From positions 19,246-60,615 of the forward strand of contig CAZSVV010000001.1 of assembly GCA_964610445.1 (NCBI GenBank): 41,370 nucleotides of DNA, written 5' to 3'. This DNA comes from an uncultured Pseudomonadales bacterium. Its GTDB lineage: Bacteria; Patescibacteriota; Microgenomatia; UBA1400; UBA12108. A program made the position numbers and the translations under genes. The notes below the pieces were generated by a model. The model worked only from the letters and a program-made list of their open reading frames with translations, did not search any database and was not told the origin of the DNA. The first letter of the stretch is position 1. The number at the start of each line of letters is the position of its first letter. Positions 24,350-33,469 of the stretch are shown piece by piece.

Positions 24350-25630
24350 TCAGGGCCTGAGTCTTTTGACGTCACGAGGGAGGAAAGTTGCCTCTTTGAC
24401 ACTAGGCAATCCTAGGATCTGGGCGATAATGCGCCCTGGGCCGATGCCAACTCCACCATGTGGTGGGACACCATACCTAAAGAAGCTAAGATAATCGGAG
24501 AGTCCTTCTTCGGTCAGACCTTTCTCGGCAGCTTGCGCCACTAGTTTGTCGATCCTGTGCTCACGCTGAGCGCCAGTTGTGATCTCGACTCCTTTGTAGA
24601 GTAAATCAAACCCTTTGGTTAAGCCAGTCTCCTCATCTCGCATGTGATAAAACGCACGGTGTGCTTTGGGGTAGTCGGTAATAAAGACAAACTCGCTCCC
24701 TGTCTCGTCTTTGACGATTTTGCATATTCCACGCTCTTCGTCGGGAGAGAGATCACCTTCTTTGTCACTAGTTATCCCAGCAGCTTTTAATTTATCTTTT
24801 GTCTCAGCTAGCGTGAGACGAGCAAATGGTACTTTGATTTCTTCTTCGATTAAGCCGGCTGACTTTAGCTTGGCAAAGCCTGATTTCAGCATAGCCTCCT
24901 CAGTATCCATGACATCATGATGACTCGTGATGTGTGCAATTTCAAAGTCCCAACCAGTAAACTCCGTCATGTGGCGGGTAGTAAAGCTAAGCTCCGCACG
25001 AAAGACCGGGCCGACCATGAAGACTTTTTCAAATCCGCTAGCTATCGCCATTTGTTTGTAGAACTGTGGTGATTGAGCAAGATATGCCTTGCCTTCAAAA
25101 TATTTGACCTCAAAGACCTCGGCACCACTCTCACTTGGTGCACTCATTAGTGCTGGTGAGTAGAGCTGAGTAAAGCCATTAGCACTAAAGTATTCTCTAA
25201 TCCCCTGTTCGAGCACTGTCCATACCTGAAAGATTTTTTGAGAATCAGGCTTACGCAAATCTAGCCAGCGATAGTCAAAGCGCTTGGTTACATCTACCTC
25301 TTCGGCACCTTTTTCGGCAACTACTGGGATCGGGAGTGGGAGCGATAAAACCTCTATCTTAATACTGCTTGCATCAATCTCGACACCTTCGGGGACCTGT
25401 TTACTCTCTTTGAGCAATCCCTCAACGCGAATCACTGACTCGACTGAGAGCTCTTTGATTGATTCAAAGACTTCTTTGTTCCAAGCTCCTGTTACTACCT
25501 GGATACTGCCACTAATATCTCGCACTCTCAAAAATGCGATCTTACCTTGGTTACGGATCGAGTGGACAAACCCTGCGATCGTGACAGTCTCACCTACTAA
25601 TTTAGTAACTTCACTAATGCTTTTGCGCAT
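24350..25630 (-). CDS. aspS: Aspartyl-tRNA synthetase, short archaeal/type-2 form (possibly non-discriminating)
   Basis: 426 aa. N-terminal OB fold. QSPQFYKQ, motif 2 FRAELSFTTRHMTEFTGWDFE, motif 3 GVPPHGGVGIGPGR, and the LPRDVKRLRP C-terminus. GAGGAG Shine-Dalgarno upstream. Confidence 0.9.
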   Translation of the reverse strand: MRKSISEVTKLVGETVTIAGFVHSIRNQGKIAFLRVRDISGSIQVVTGAWNKEVFESIKELSVESVIRVEGLLKESKQVPEGVEIDASSIKIEVLSLPLPIPVVAEKGAEEVDVTKRFDYRWLDLRKPDSQKIFQVWTVLEQGIREYFSANGFTQLYSPALMSAPSESGAEVFEVKYFEGKAYLAQSPQFYKQMAIASGFEKVFMVGPVFRAELSFTTRHMTEFTGWDFEIAHITSHHDVMDTEEAMLKSGFAKLKSAGLIEEEIKVPFARLTLAETKDKLKAAGITSDKEGDLSPDEERGICKIVKDETGSEFVFITDYPKAHRAFYHMRDEETGLTKGFDLLYKGVEITTGAQREHRIDKLVAQAAEKGLTEEGLSDYLSFFRYGVPPHGGVGIGPGRIIAQILGLPSVKEATFLPRDVKRLRP

Positions 25631-25662
25631 ATTACTCCTCTAATTTTTGGATTTTGGAGCAT

Positions 25663-25815
25663 AAAAAAACCGCCCCAAAACCCTATTTTTGAAAGGGTCC
25701 TGTCGGACGGTGCCACCTTATCTAAACTTATTACAGCTATAACGGGCTTAACCGGTTCCAGCCTGCCTGCCGGCAGGCAGGCTCGTCTTTTGTCAGAAGA
25801 CAGCTGTTATGTATT
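25663..25815 (-). promoter_or_regulatory. T-box riboswitch leader controlling aspS (transcription attenuation type)
   Basis: Read on the minus strand. Antiterminator AAGG[UGGCACC]GUCC-GACA-GGAC-CCUU (25693-25719). Competing terminator ACCGUCC...ACCCU-loop-AGGGU...GGGCGGU plus U7 (25663-25711). Hairpin GUCUU-CUGACAA-AAGAC (25785-25801) presents GAC. A 24-nt perfect palindrome helix lies at 25760-25783. Confidence 0.8.
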
Positions 25816-25836
25816 TGTACGTGGAGGATAACAAAA

Positions 25837-26799
25837 TTATCTTGGAGAGTCAACCTTTACCCAATTATGGTGTGCGTATACCCATTCGACGAGTCGTGTC
25901 GTGTCTGCAAAACGATCTACACTACCGAGTACTACTGTAATGATGCCGCGACCATCGCGCTCGACATAACTAACAAAACACTCGCCAGCTCCTGTGGTCC
26001 AGCCAGTTTTGCCACCGACTAATCCTCGGAGGACGGATAGCAGCTCGTCTGTTGACTCTAGTTCGTAAATCTTAGTGCCAGTTATGTCGGTAATTGTTGC
26101 GACTTCTTTTGAAACAACTTCCTGGATGTAGTGATCGGATAGGGCGACGGAAGCGAGTGTTGAGATATCGCGAGCGGATGTAACATGACCATACTGATCG
26201 ATGCCACTAGGGTTTTTGTACGTAGTCCGTTTGAGATTTAGCTCCTGCGCCTTCTGGTTCATAGCCGCCACAAAAGCAGAGTATCCACCAGGATAGTTAT
26301 CGGCGAGCGTGAGTGCGGCGTCGTTGCCCGAGTGGATTAGGAGACCGTGGAGGAGCGAGTCTACTCTTAATTGATCACCTTCGCTTAGTTCGATGGTCTG
26401 CCCTATCGCACGATCTTCGTTTTGAACGGTTAGTATAGTGTTTTTGTCCGGCCAAGCATCTAGTGCAACGAGCGCTGTCATCAGCTTGGTAATAGAAGCG
26501 GGAGGCAAAACTACATCCGGACGCCTCTCAGCGATCACTGTTTTGCTACTTATATCCTGGACAATATATGAGGTCGAGGCAACACCGGGTGGTTTTGCCC
26601 CATCTGATAATGGATAATCGGCGAGAGCAATCTCGATTTTTTGTGGGCTAAAAACAGGACCTGGTTTTAGGACTATTGACTGCAGCTGGTTGTGACCAGG
26701 GTAAGTTAAAGTCAGAAGTAAGAAACATGAAATCAGAAACAAGGATTGTTTGGGGCGATTTTGTATAAAGGCTGCAAACTGTGATTTAGACTTCGACAT
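25837..26799 (-). CDS. D-alanyl-D-alanine carboxypeptidase (peptidase S11, low-molecular-weight PBP)
   Basis: SxxK (SITK), SGN (HSGND) and KTG (GKTGWT) motifs. N-terminal signal/anchor. Confidence 0.9.
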   Translation of the reverse strand: MSKSKSQFAAFIQNRPKQSLFLISCFLLLTLTYPGHNQLQSIVLKPGPVFSPQKIEIALADYPLSDGAKPPGVASTSYIVQDISSKTVIAERRPDVVLPPASITKLMTALVALDAWPDKNTILTVQNEDRAIGQTIELSEGDQLRVDSLLHGLLIHSGNDAALTLADNYPGGYSAFVAAMNQKAQELNLKRTTYKNPSGIDQYGHVTSARDISTLASVALSDHYIQEVVSKEVATITDITGTKIYELESTDELLSVLRGLVGGKTGWTTGAGECFVSYVERDGRGIITVVLGSVDRFADTTRLVEWVYAHHNWVKVDSPR

Positions 26800-28444
26800 A
26801 GGTGGCTACCAGCTGAACTGATTCTTTGTTGTTCCATACGTTGACGTCGATTGTCGCAATACACTGAGTGACGTGGTTAATCGGGTGAGCGTGCTTAGTA
26901 TTAAACATAAGAAGAGGTATTTTTGCGCCATCCTGTTCGATAGTTAATTTGTGGTGTTTGCCAAGCTCTCCTAGCGATCGATCTTCTATGACTTTAACGT
27001 TTTTGAACAAAAACCTAGGTTTACTGTTACCGAGACCATATGGCTCTAGTTTGGTGAGTTTTTTGGCTAGCTCGAGAGTAGCACTACTGAGTGGTAGTTC
27101 TAGATCAGCTGTCTCGTGACGAACCAATAGTTCGTCACTGACTTGCCGATCACCAGTAATGTTTATTTCTTTAATAAAATCTTCTAGATTTTCTTTGGCA
27201 ACACTAAAGCCAGCTGCTTGGTCATGTCCACCTAAGCCTAAAAATGGAGTCTTGAGGCTACGCAAAAACTCAGTAATGTTAAAGCCAGGGATAGAGCGAG
27301 CAGAACCTTTGATAACGTCACCATTGTCGCTCATTACAATGGAAGGGCGATAGGCGGCCTCAACCAGCTTGCCAGCAACTAGTCCGATTACCCCCTCGTG
27401 ATATGGCCCGACGAGCGCAGTAATCTTATTGCTTGATGGCTGGGCAAGAGCGTGAGTTAGCGCAGTTTCGGTTAACTCCTGACGGTCTATGTTGTGAGAT
27501 TCGATCTCCTCAGCGAGACTAGCTGCCACACTATTATCTGTAGTACAAAGCAGTCGTAGTGCTTGGAGTGGACTATAGATCCGACCTGCAGCGTTTATGC
27601 GAGGTGCGATACCATAACTAATATCGTACGAAGTAAGCGGGCGATCGGGTATCCCCATCCGAGTCTTTAGTGCGCGAAATCCTGGATTTGTACTACTGGT
27701 TAGGGCTTTTAAGCCGTTTGTGACTAGCACACGGTTAAACCCGACTAGCGGCATCATGTCAGCGATAATCCCGATCGTAGCTAGATCTAAGAATGAAGTA
27801 GTGCTAGATAGTAGATGTGAAGACAATATCCAAGATACACCTGCTCCTGATGTAACTGTTGTGTGGACTATCTGATTAGCTCTTGGGAGAGTACTATCTG
27901 GCATGTGGTGATCGGTGATAACTACATCAATTCCTGCTTGAACAAATGTGGAGATACCGTCGTGCGCGACAATTCCCGTATCTACCGTAATAATTAATTT
28001 GGGATGAAAATCTGGGTAGCTAGTATCAGTAAAGGCAGTACCATCCATCACTTCGGCGATAGCCTTATTAGATAAACCGTAGCCGTGCTTGTGGCGATCT
28101 GGAATAAATGGGAGGAGACGCGAGGTCGAGGATCTTTTTTTGATGTATTCACTCAAACCTAGGTAGAGGACAGCAGTTGCGCTAACTCCGTCGGCATCAT
28201 AGTCGCCAAAGATACAGATGTCACTACCGCTACCCAAATGCTGATCAATTAATGACTGTGCTTCTTTAAGCGTCACCTCGGTGATGCCTGAATGAGTATA
28301 GAGATAGTCAAGCGTGATTGAGCGAGGAGAGATGAATTCTGCCTGTAACTCTGGTGTATTTAAGCCGCGACTCTCTAGGAGAGCTTTGATAATCTCATTT
28401 GCGGAGCTACCTTTGCTAATACTTGTTTTGGTAGTTATGATCAT
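26786..28444 (-). CDS. recJ: Single-stranded-DNA-specific exonuclease RecJ
   Basis: DHH-family motifs GDYDADGVSA, TVDTG and ITDHH. DHHA1 GGHDQAAG. 552 aa. Confidence 0.9.
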   Translation of the reverse strand: MIITTKTSISKGSSANEIIKALLESRGLNTPELQAEFISPRSITLDYLYTHSGITEVTLKEAQSLIDQHLGSGSDICIFGDYDADGVSATAVLYLGLSEYIKKRSSTSRLLPFIPDRHKHGYGLSNKAIAEVMDGTAFTDTSYPDFHPKLIITVDTGIVAHDGISTFVQAGIDVVITDHHMPDSTLPRANQIVHTTVTSGAGVSWILSSHLLSSTTSFLDLATIGIIADMMPLVGFNRVLVTNGLKALTSSTNPGFRALKTRMGIPDRPLTSYDISYGIAPRINAAGRIYSPLQALRLLCTTDNSVAASLAEEIESHNIDRQELTETALTHALAQPSSNKITALVGPYHEGVIGLVAGKLVEAAYRPSIVMSDNGDVIKGSARSIPGFNITEFLRSLKTPFLGLGGHDQAAGFSVAKENLEDFIKEINITGDRQVSDELLVRHETADLELPLSSATLELAKKLTKLEPYGLGNSKPRFLFKNVKVIEDRSLGELGKHHKLTIEQDGAKIPLLMFNTKHAHPINHVTQCIATIDVNVWNNKESVQLVATYVEV

Positions 28445-28477
28445 GGTCTTATTATAACCTCTTGTTATAATGGATAC

Positions 28478-29887
28478 ATGCTACTTAACCTTAACCCTGC
28501 AGCTGTCGTAATAGTCGAGACTCTCAAGAGCCATGGCTACACGGCGGAGATAGTGGGTGGAGCAGTACGAGACTTACTCCTCTCACTCCCCTCTTATGAC
28601 TGGGATATTACAACCAATGCAACCCCAGAATTGGTTGAGCCACTCTTTGCCGATAGTTTTTATGATAATGAATATGGGACAGTCAAGGTGGCTGGAAAAC
28701 ATCTTAAAGAACAGTTTGGATTAACTGATGAGCAGTGTGACGACTCAATGATCTTTGATATTACAACCTATCGCTCGGAGAGTGGGTACTCGGATAAGCG
28801 GCGACCGGATAATGTGGTGTGGGGCAAAACTATAGAAGAAGATCTTAAGCGAAGAGACTTTACCATCAATGCGCTGGCATTGCGACTCTCGTCGCGAGTA
28901 GAGAGTAGTAAGTTGAATGGTGAAAGTTGTGAAGTTGAGATAATTGACCCTTATGGTGGTCAAGAGGATATAAAAAACAGAGTAATTAGAGCTGTGGGAG
29001 TGCCGATCGAGAGATTTGGTGAAGACGCACTACGCATAATGCGGGCGATCAGACTAGCATCGCAACTAGGGTTTAGCATAGAGGGCGAGACGTTTGTCGC
29101 ACTAAAGGCAACTGTTTCTAATCTCCGAGATATTAGCTGGGAGCGGATAGGTGCGGAAGTGATGAAGCTCCTATCAACAGACCATGCTGCGGACGGGGTG
29201 ATACTGATGGCTAATACAGGGATACTCGAGATCATCATGCCGGAGCTGATCAAATGTCGAGGTGTTATGCAGGGCGGACACCATACTCTTGATGTATATA
29301 CCCACTTAATAGAGTCACTACGAGGATGTAGTTCAAAAGACCCAGTAGTCCGACTCGCCACCCTTCTGCATGACATTGATAAACCAACTGTTGCGAGAGC
29401 TGAGGGACCGCGAGGAGTTACTTTTCATAATCACGAAGTGGTTGGTGCACGTACTGCCAAGAGGATCGCTGAGCGGCTAAAACTACCCAAAAAAGATCAG
29501 GATAAAGTGTTTACACTGGTTCGCTGGCATATGTTCCATTATGACCCCAAGATGACAGATAGTGCGATCAGACGATTTATCCGCCGTGTCGGACTCGAGA
29601 ATATCCATGATATGATAGCGTTGCGGATAGGCGATCGGATTGGGAGTGGAGCTAAGACTACCAGCTGGAGACTGACTGAGTTACAAAAAAGAATTGGAGA
29701 ACAGCTATACGAACCGCTATCTCTTAAGGACATGGTGATAGATGGATCTGATGTAATGAGAATCCTAAATATAAAACCTAGTCGCAAAATCGGTGAAATC
29801 TTAAATACTCTATTTGAAGAGATACTAGATGATTCAAGCCGTAATACCAAAGAATATTTGGAAAAAAGAATTGTGGAGCTTAAATGA
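28478..29887 (+). CDS. cca: CCA-adding tRNA nucleotidyltransferase with a C-terminal HD domain
   Basis: GGAVRDLLL, DWDITT and RRDFTINAL head-domain motifs. HD region LLHDIDK. 469 aa. Confidence 0.9.
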   Translation: MLLNLNPAAVVIVETLKSHGYTAEIVGGAVRDLLLSLPSYDWDITTNATPELVEPLFADSFYDNEYGTVKVAGKHLKEQFGLTDEQCDDSMIFDITTYRSESGYSDKRRPDNVVWGKTIEEDLKRRDFTINALALRLSSRVESSKLNGESCEVEIIDPYGGQEDIKNRVIRAVGVPIERFGEDALRIMRAIRLASQLGFSIEGETFVALKATVSNLRDISWERIGAEVMKLLSTDHAADGVILMANTGILEIIMPELIKCRGVMQGGHHTLDVYTHLIESLRGCSSKDPVVRLATLLHDIDKPTVARAEGPRGVTFHNHEVVGARTAKRIAERLKLPKKDQDKVFTLVRWHMFHYDPKMTDSAIRRFIRRVGLENIHDMIALRIGDRIGSGAKTTSWRLTELQKRIGEQLYEPLSLKDMVIDGSDVMRILNIKPSRKIGEILNTLFEEILDDSSRNTKEYLEKRIVELK

Positions 29888-30702
29888 AGAAAATATTGAT
29901 ACTTAACGATGTTCATCATGGTGATACAAGAGAATCTTCGACGCATCCTGGAGAGATAAGACAAGCTAATTCACAAGCATTATCCACACTATCTGGGTAC
30001 CTAAGTTCTTTTAATTCTAGGGGTTATGATAGTGTCATTAATTTGGGTGATGCAATACGAGATACGAGCAATAAAGCAGCTGACCTGGTTATGTTAGATG
30101 AGTTTATGAAAGTATTCGAAAAAATTAATGGGAATAAGTTTTTTGTACCAGGAAATCACGAATTAAAAACTCTAACTAATGAAGAGATTGATAATCTAGC
30201 CAAAAAGCATAATATATCTTCATTGATCCCACAAGTTTTTGAGCTAGAAAATACTCAAATTATCTTAATCAATAGTGATATAGATGAGAAAAGTCTGAGT
30301 AATATCCCTGAGGATAACATTGCATGGATAGAGAAAAACATTAGCTATGACAAGAAATTAATATTGTTATCTCACTACTCACTTGTAGAACTAGATGGAT
30401 ACGCGAATTTTTATTTCGCCAAAGATTATAAATACATGTCATACTCGAATGGGTATAAATTGCTGAATATACTAAAGAGATTGCCAAAAGTTGTGTCGAT
30501 TAACGCGCACACCCATATGGGAAGTTATAAACGAGTTTCTAATGTGAGTGCGATATCTGCCTTAGCATTTAGTGAAAATATTGTAGCTATGCAGCACCCC
30601 GACGCAAATCCAGGGATATTCTCCGAAATTTGGATCGACGAAGAAAAGATATTCTTTAAGAGTTTCAGTGGTAATTACTGCTTTCTAAGTATAGAGCTTT
30701 AG
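29884..30702 (+). CDS. Calcineurin-like metallophosphoesterase
   Basis: DVHHGD, GDAIRD, GNHE and AHTH motifs in the canonical order. Its ATGA overlaps the cca stop. Visibly AT-rich. Confidence 0.7.
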   Translation: MKKILILNDVHHGDTRESSTHPGEIRQANSQALSTLSGYLSSFNSRGYDSVINLGDAIRDTSNKAADLVMLDEFMKVFEKINGNKFFVPGNHELKTLTNEEIDNLAKKHNISSLIPQVFELENTQIILINSDIDEKSLSNIPEDNIAWIEKNISYDKKLILLSHYSLVELDGYANFYFAKDYKYMSYSNGYKLLNILKRLPKVVSINAHTHMGSYKRVSNVSAISALAFSENIVAMQHPDANPGIFSEIWIDEEKIFFKSFSGNYCFLSIEL

Positions 30703-30709
30703 ACTCCCC

Positions 30710-30718
30710 TGCTATAAT
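30710..30718 (+). promoter_or_regulatory. Extended -10 promoter (TGCTATAAT) for the RNase P RNA
   Basis: TG-n-TATAAT ends 6 nt before the first nucleotide of the predicted P1 helix (30725). Confidence 0.5.
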
Positions 30719-30724
30719 AGCATT

Positions 30725-31004
30725 GCCGAATGTGGTTGGTGGGTGATCGGGCGAGTCGCAAGACGAGTCAGGAAAGTCCAGACAGCAGAGTGCAGGGTGG
30801 GTAGCGTAAGCTATCACGGGTAACCGCTAGTTTAGAGCAACAGTGACGAACCGATTTAGTTCGGGTGAAACGGGCAATCCTCCCCGCTGCAACCGACGAC
30901 TGGGACGACTAAGACAGTAGCACTCCTGAGTCCCGAAGATTGCGGGCATTAGAGAAATGATCGCACTAAAAACAGAATCTGGCTTATGCCAACCACAGCT
31001 CGGC
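30725..31004 (+). ncRNA. rnpB: RNase P RNA (bacterial), unusually short (~280 nt)
   Basis: Universally conserved P4 strands GGAAAGUCC (30770s) and ACAGAAUCUGGCUUA (30971-30985). P1 pairing GCCGA-A-UGUGGUUGG / CCAACCACA-GC-UCGGC closes the molecule. Confidence 0.85.
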
Positions 31005-31005
31005 G

Positions 31006-31902
31006 CTATTTTATTTTTCTTTTTGAAGAGATCTTGTCCCAGAGAACCAGAATTGGGGCTGCAGTAAAAGTGGAACTATAGGTACCTGAGATAGTACCGA
31101 TTAAGAGGGCCAGGACAAAGTGGCGGATAGAGTCGCCACCCAGTAAATACATGGATAAAAGCATAAAAATGATGGTCAGACTATTGTTGATGGATCTACC
31201 CATCGTCTCGACAACTGCACGGTTGATGATGTCGATGAAATCGAGGTAGCCATGATGTTTTTTTAGCTCCCTGATCCGGTCATAGACTACTATTGTGTCG
31301 TGAACAGAGAAACTAAGGATTGTTAAGAGGGCTGTCACAAAAAGCGTATCCACCTCGATCCCCGAAACCTGACCGAGTATAGAGAAAGTACCCAGTAATA
31401 CTAGTGAATCATGAAACATGGCGAGGATGGCTGAAGCACCATAGCGAAAATCTTTGAAGCGATAGGCTACATAGGTCATGATCAAGAGAGCTGATAAGGC
31501 AATACCAAGTATAGTTTTTTTGATCAACTCACTACCTAAGGTAGGTCCTATATTTTGATATTCTAATTCTGTTATTTTGGCTGCTACCACACGTGAGTCA
31601 GCACGGAGTTTTTGGTATGCATCTGACTCTAAAGGAGAGGTGGTGATATTTAACTTATTACCATCGCGCGAAACGTCAGTTATAACAGCGCCAACTGATG
31701 AGACTGCGGCAGTTAGATCTGCGTCCCCGAGCTCAGTCTCGGTCTGCCAGGCAATGGTGCTGCCACCAGTAAAATCAATTGATGGTTTGAGACCATAGCG
31801 GATCAGCGAGTAGGTACCTGGGATGATAATGCAGAGCGAGATTACAAAGTATACCCAGTAATACTTCATCGGTTCGAGAATTTTTAGTTTTTGCTCACTC
31901 AT
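31006..31902 (-). CDS. secF: Protein translocase subunit SecF
   Basis: 298 aa. 6-TM SecF pattern with a periplasmic loop (IDFTGGS) and a C-terminal TM bundle (DTIVVYDRIRE). Immediately downstream of secD. Confidence 0.9.
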   Translation of the reverse strand: MSEQKLKILEPMKYYWVYFVISLCIIIPGTYSLIRYGLKPSIDFTGGSTIAWQTETELGDADLTAAVSSVGAVITDVSRDGNKLNITTSPLESDAYQKLRADSRVVAAKITELEYQNIGPTLGSELIKKTILGIALSALLIMTYVAYRFKDFRYGASAILAMFHDSLVLLGTFSILGQVSGIEVDTLFVTALLTILSFSVHDTIVVYDRIRELKKHHGYLDFIDIINRAVVETMGRSINNSLTIIFMLLSMYLLGGDSIRHFVLALLIGTISGTYSSTFTAAPILVLWDKISSKRKIK

Positions 31903-31905
31903 AGA

Positions 31906-33234
31906 TTATGATTTCCCTTTAATAAATGCGCGTAGGAGATTGCGAGTCACGAATAAACCGGTAAAAAGACTAACGAGGATCCCGAGGAAGAGAGTGAGCG
32001 CAAAGCCGCGCACGAGACCACTACTATTGAGGAACGACCAATCAAAGGGATTGTAGAGGATGAATGTCGCCATGAGTGTGGCTGTATTTGCATCTTTGAT
32101 TGCGTCCCAGGCTTTACCAAAACCTAGCTCTAAACTACTTGCAAATCCATTACCTTTCCTGCTTTCTTCTTTCATGCGCTCGAAGATTAAGATATTACTA
32201 TCAACAGCCATACCTATACTTAGGATAAAGCCAGCAAGACCAGGTAGGGTTAAAGTGATCGGAATAAGCTTGTATAGAGCGAGAGTTAAGATGCCATAGA
32301 AAATGAGTCCTATGCTTGCCACAAAACCTAGCGAACCATAATTGAGGATCATAAATAGCGCAACCAGCGCGAGCCCTACCCCACCAGCCGTCAGACTAGC
32401 CCTAACACTGCCTTCGCCAAGAGATGGGGCCACGTTTTGTTGCTTGAGGATGGAGACGCTCACTGGGAGTGCGCCGGCGTTTAATGTGAGGACGATATTC
32501 TGCACCTCTTCGAGAGTAAAGGTTCCGTTAATAACTGCGGTTCCACCGGATATCTTAGTCTGTACGATTGGGGCTGAGAGCGGCATGTCGTCCATAAATA
32601 TACCAATGGGCTTACCAACATTGGCTTCGGTTAAGGTCTCAAACTTTTTCCCGCCTTCTTCGCTGAACTGCAAACTTACTTCGGGATCCCCTGTCTCAGG
32701 ATTAAATGACACCGTTGCCCGTTTGAGATCGGAGCCAGTCAGACTAGTTGAGACAAAGTCGGCATAGGTCGCGCTATCTGTTGCGTCTTTGGGTAGCTGC
32801 CTAAAATCTAGCTTGGCGGTACTACCGATGAGCGCTAGTGCCTCATCGGGATTGTCTATCCCTGGCATCGCTACTGAGAGGCGGTAGTTGCCACCACTCG
32901 TGATTGTTTTGACAGTCGCCTCGGCAACCCCATACATGTCGACGCGGCGGGCTATAACTTCCCTAACTGAGTTGAGAGCGTCTGTGCGATCTACCTCAGC
33001 TATATTTGCCATATCTGCTTCGAGCGTAACTTCGGTACCCCCCCGGAGGTCTAGTCCCAGCTTGAGCTCTAGGTCCCTAGTCCAGTTGCCAACCTTAAGG
33101 ACTGGCGAGCTGATAGTTGCATTAAATGTCTTGCCAAACAGGGTTGCGCTAATGGGGTAGTTTTTGGGAGCTGCTAAAACGAGGGAGACTGCAAAGATGA
33201 CTGCGATGATAAAGAGGTTTCTTTTTAATTTCAT
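31906..33234 (-). CDS. secD: Protein translocase subunit SecD
   Basis: LGLDLRGG, the large periplasmic domain, and the C-terminal TM motifs SIGMAVDSNILIFERMKEE. Start moved to ATG 33234 (MKLKRNLF...) rather than the upstream in-frame extension. Confidence 0.9.
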   Translation of the reverse strand: MKLKRNLFIIAVIFAVSLVLAAPKNYPISATLFGKTFNATISSPVLKVGNWTRDLELKLGLDLRGGTEVTLEADMANIAEVDRTDALNSVREVIARRVDMYGVAEATVKTITSGGNYRLSVAMPGIDNPDEALALIGSTAKLDFRQLPKDATDSATYADFVSTSLTGSDLKRATVSFNPETGDPEVSLQFSEEGGKKFETLTEANVGKPIGIFMDDMPLSAPIVQTKISGGTAVINGTFTLEEVQNIVLTLNAGALPVSVSILKQQNVAPSLGEGSVRASLTAGGVGLALVALFMILNYGSLGFVASIGLIFYGILTLALYKLIPITLTLPGLAGFILSIGMAVDSNILIFERMKEESRKGNGFASSLELGFGKAWDAIKDANTATLMATFILYNPFDWSFLNSSGLVRGFALTLFLGILVSLFTGLFVTRNLLRAFIKGKS

Positions 33235-33271
33235 ATACAAGATATTAGGATAGCATGGCTTAGGCTTAATG

Positions 33272-33463
33272 TCATGAACCCCCACCAAGTTTGAGTTGTC
33301 GGGTAGAAGGGAAGCTAACTACTAGCTGCTGTGAAACTTCTTCGTAGCTAAGATTAACCTGGTCACCCTCTTCGAGCGATAGCGCTTTGATCACGCTAGT
33401 TGGGACAATGATCCCTTTGGAGTTACCGATACGAGTTATCTTGGTTGTAATCTTGTCGGACAT
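33272..33463 (-). CDS. AbrB/MazE/SpoVT-family DNA-binding protein (antitoxin-like)
   Basis: 63 aa. ITRIGNSKGIIVPTSVIKALSLEEGDQVNL is the swapped-hairpin SpoVT-AbrB motif. Confidence 0.75.
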   Translation of the reverse strand: MSDKITTKITRIGNSKGIIVPTSVIKALSLEEGDQVNLSYEEVSQQLVVSFPSTRQLKLGGGS

Positions 33464-33469
33464 ATAAAA

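Noticed and set aside
25760-25783. 24-nt perfect palindrome AGCCTGCCTGCCGGCAGGCAGGCT, considered as a protein operator, a mobile-element end or a recombination site.
   Set aside because: It lies in the middle of the aspS T-box leader, between the specifier hairpin and the antiterminator. It is most simply a leader helix in a Stem II/III-like position. There is no second copy in the window.
33235-33288. Upstream in-frame extension of secD (MVGVHDIKPKPCYPNILY).
   Set aside because: The extension precedes a typical Lys/Arg-rich signal-anchor start (MKLKRNLF...) and would run into the AbrB-like gene's stop. The downstream ATG is more plausible.
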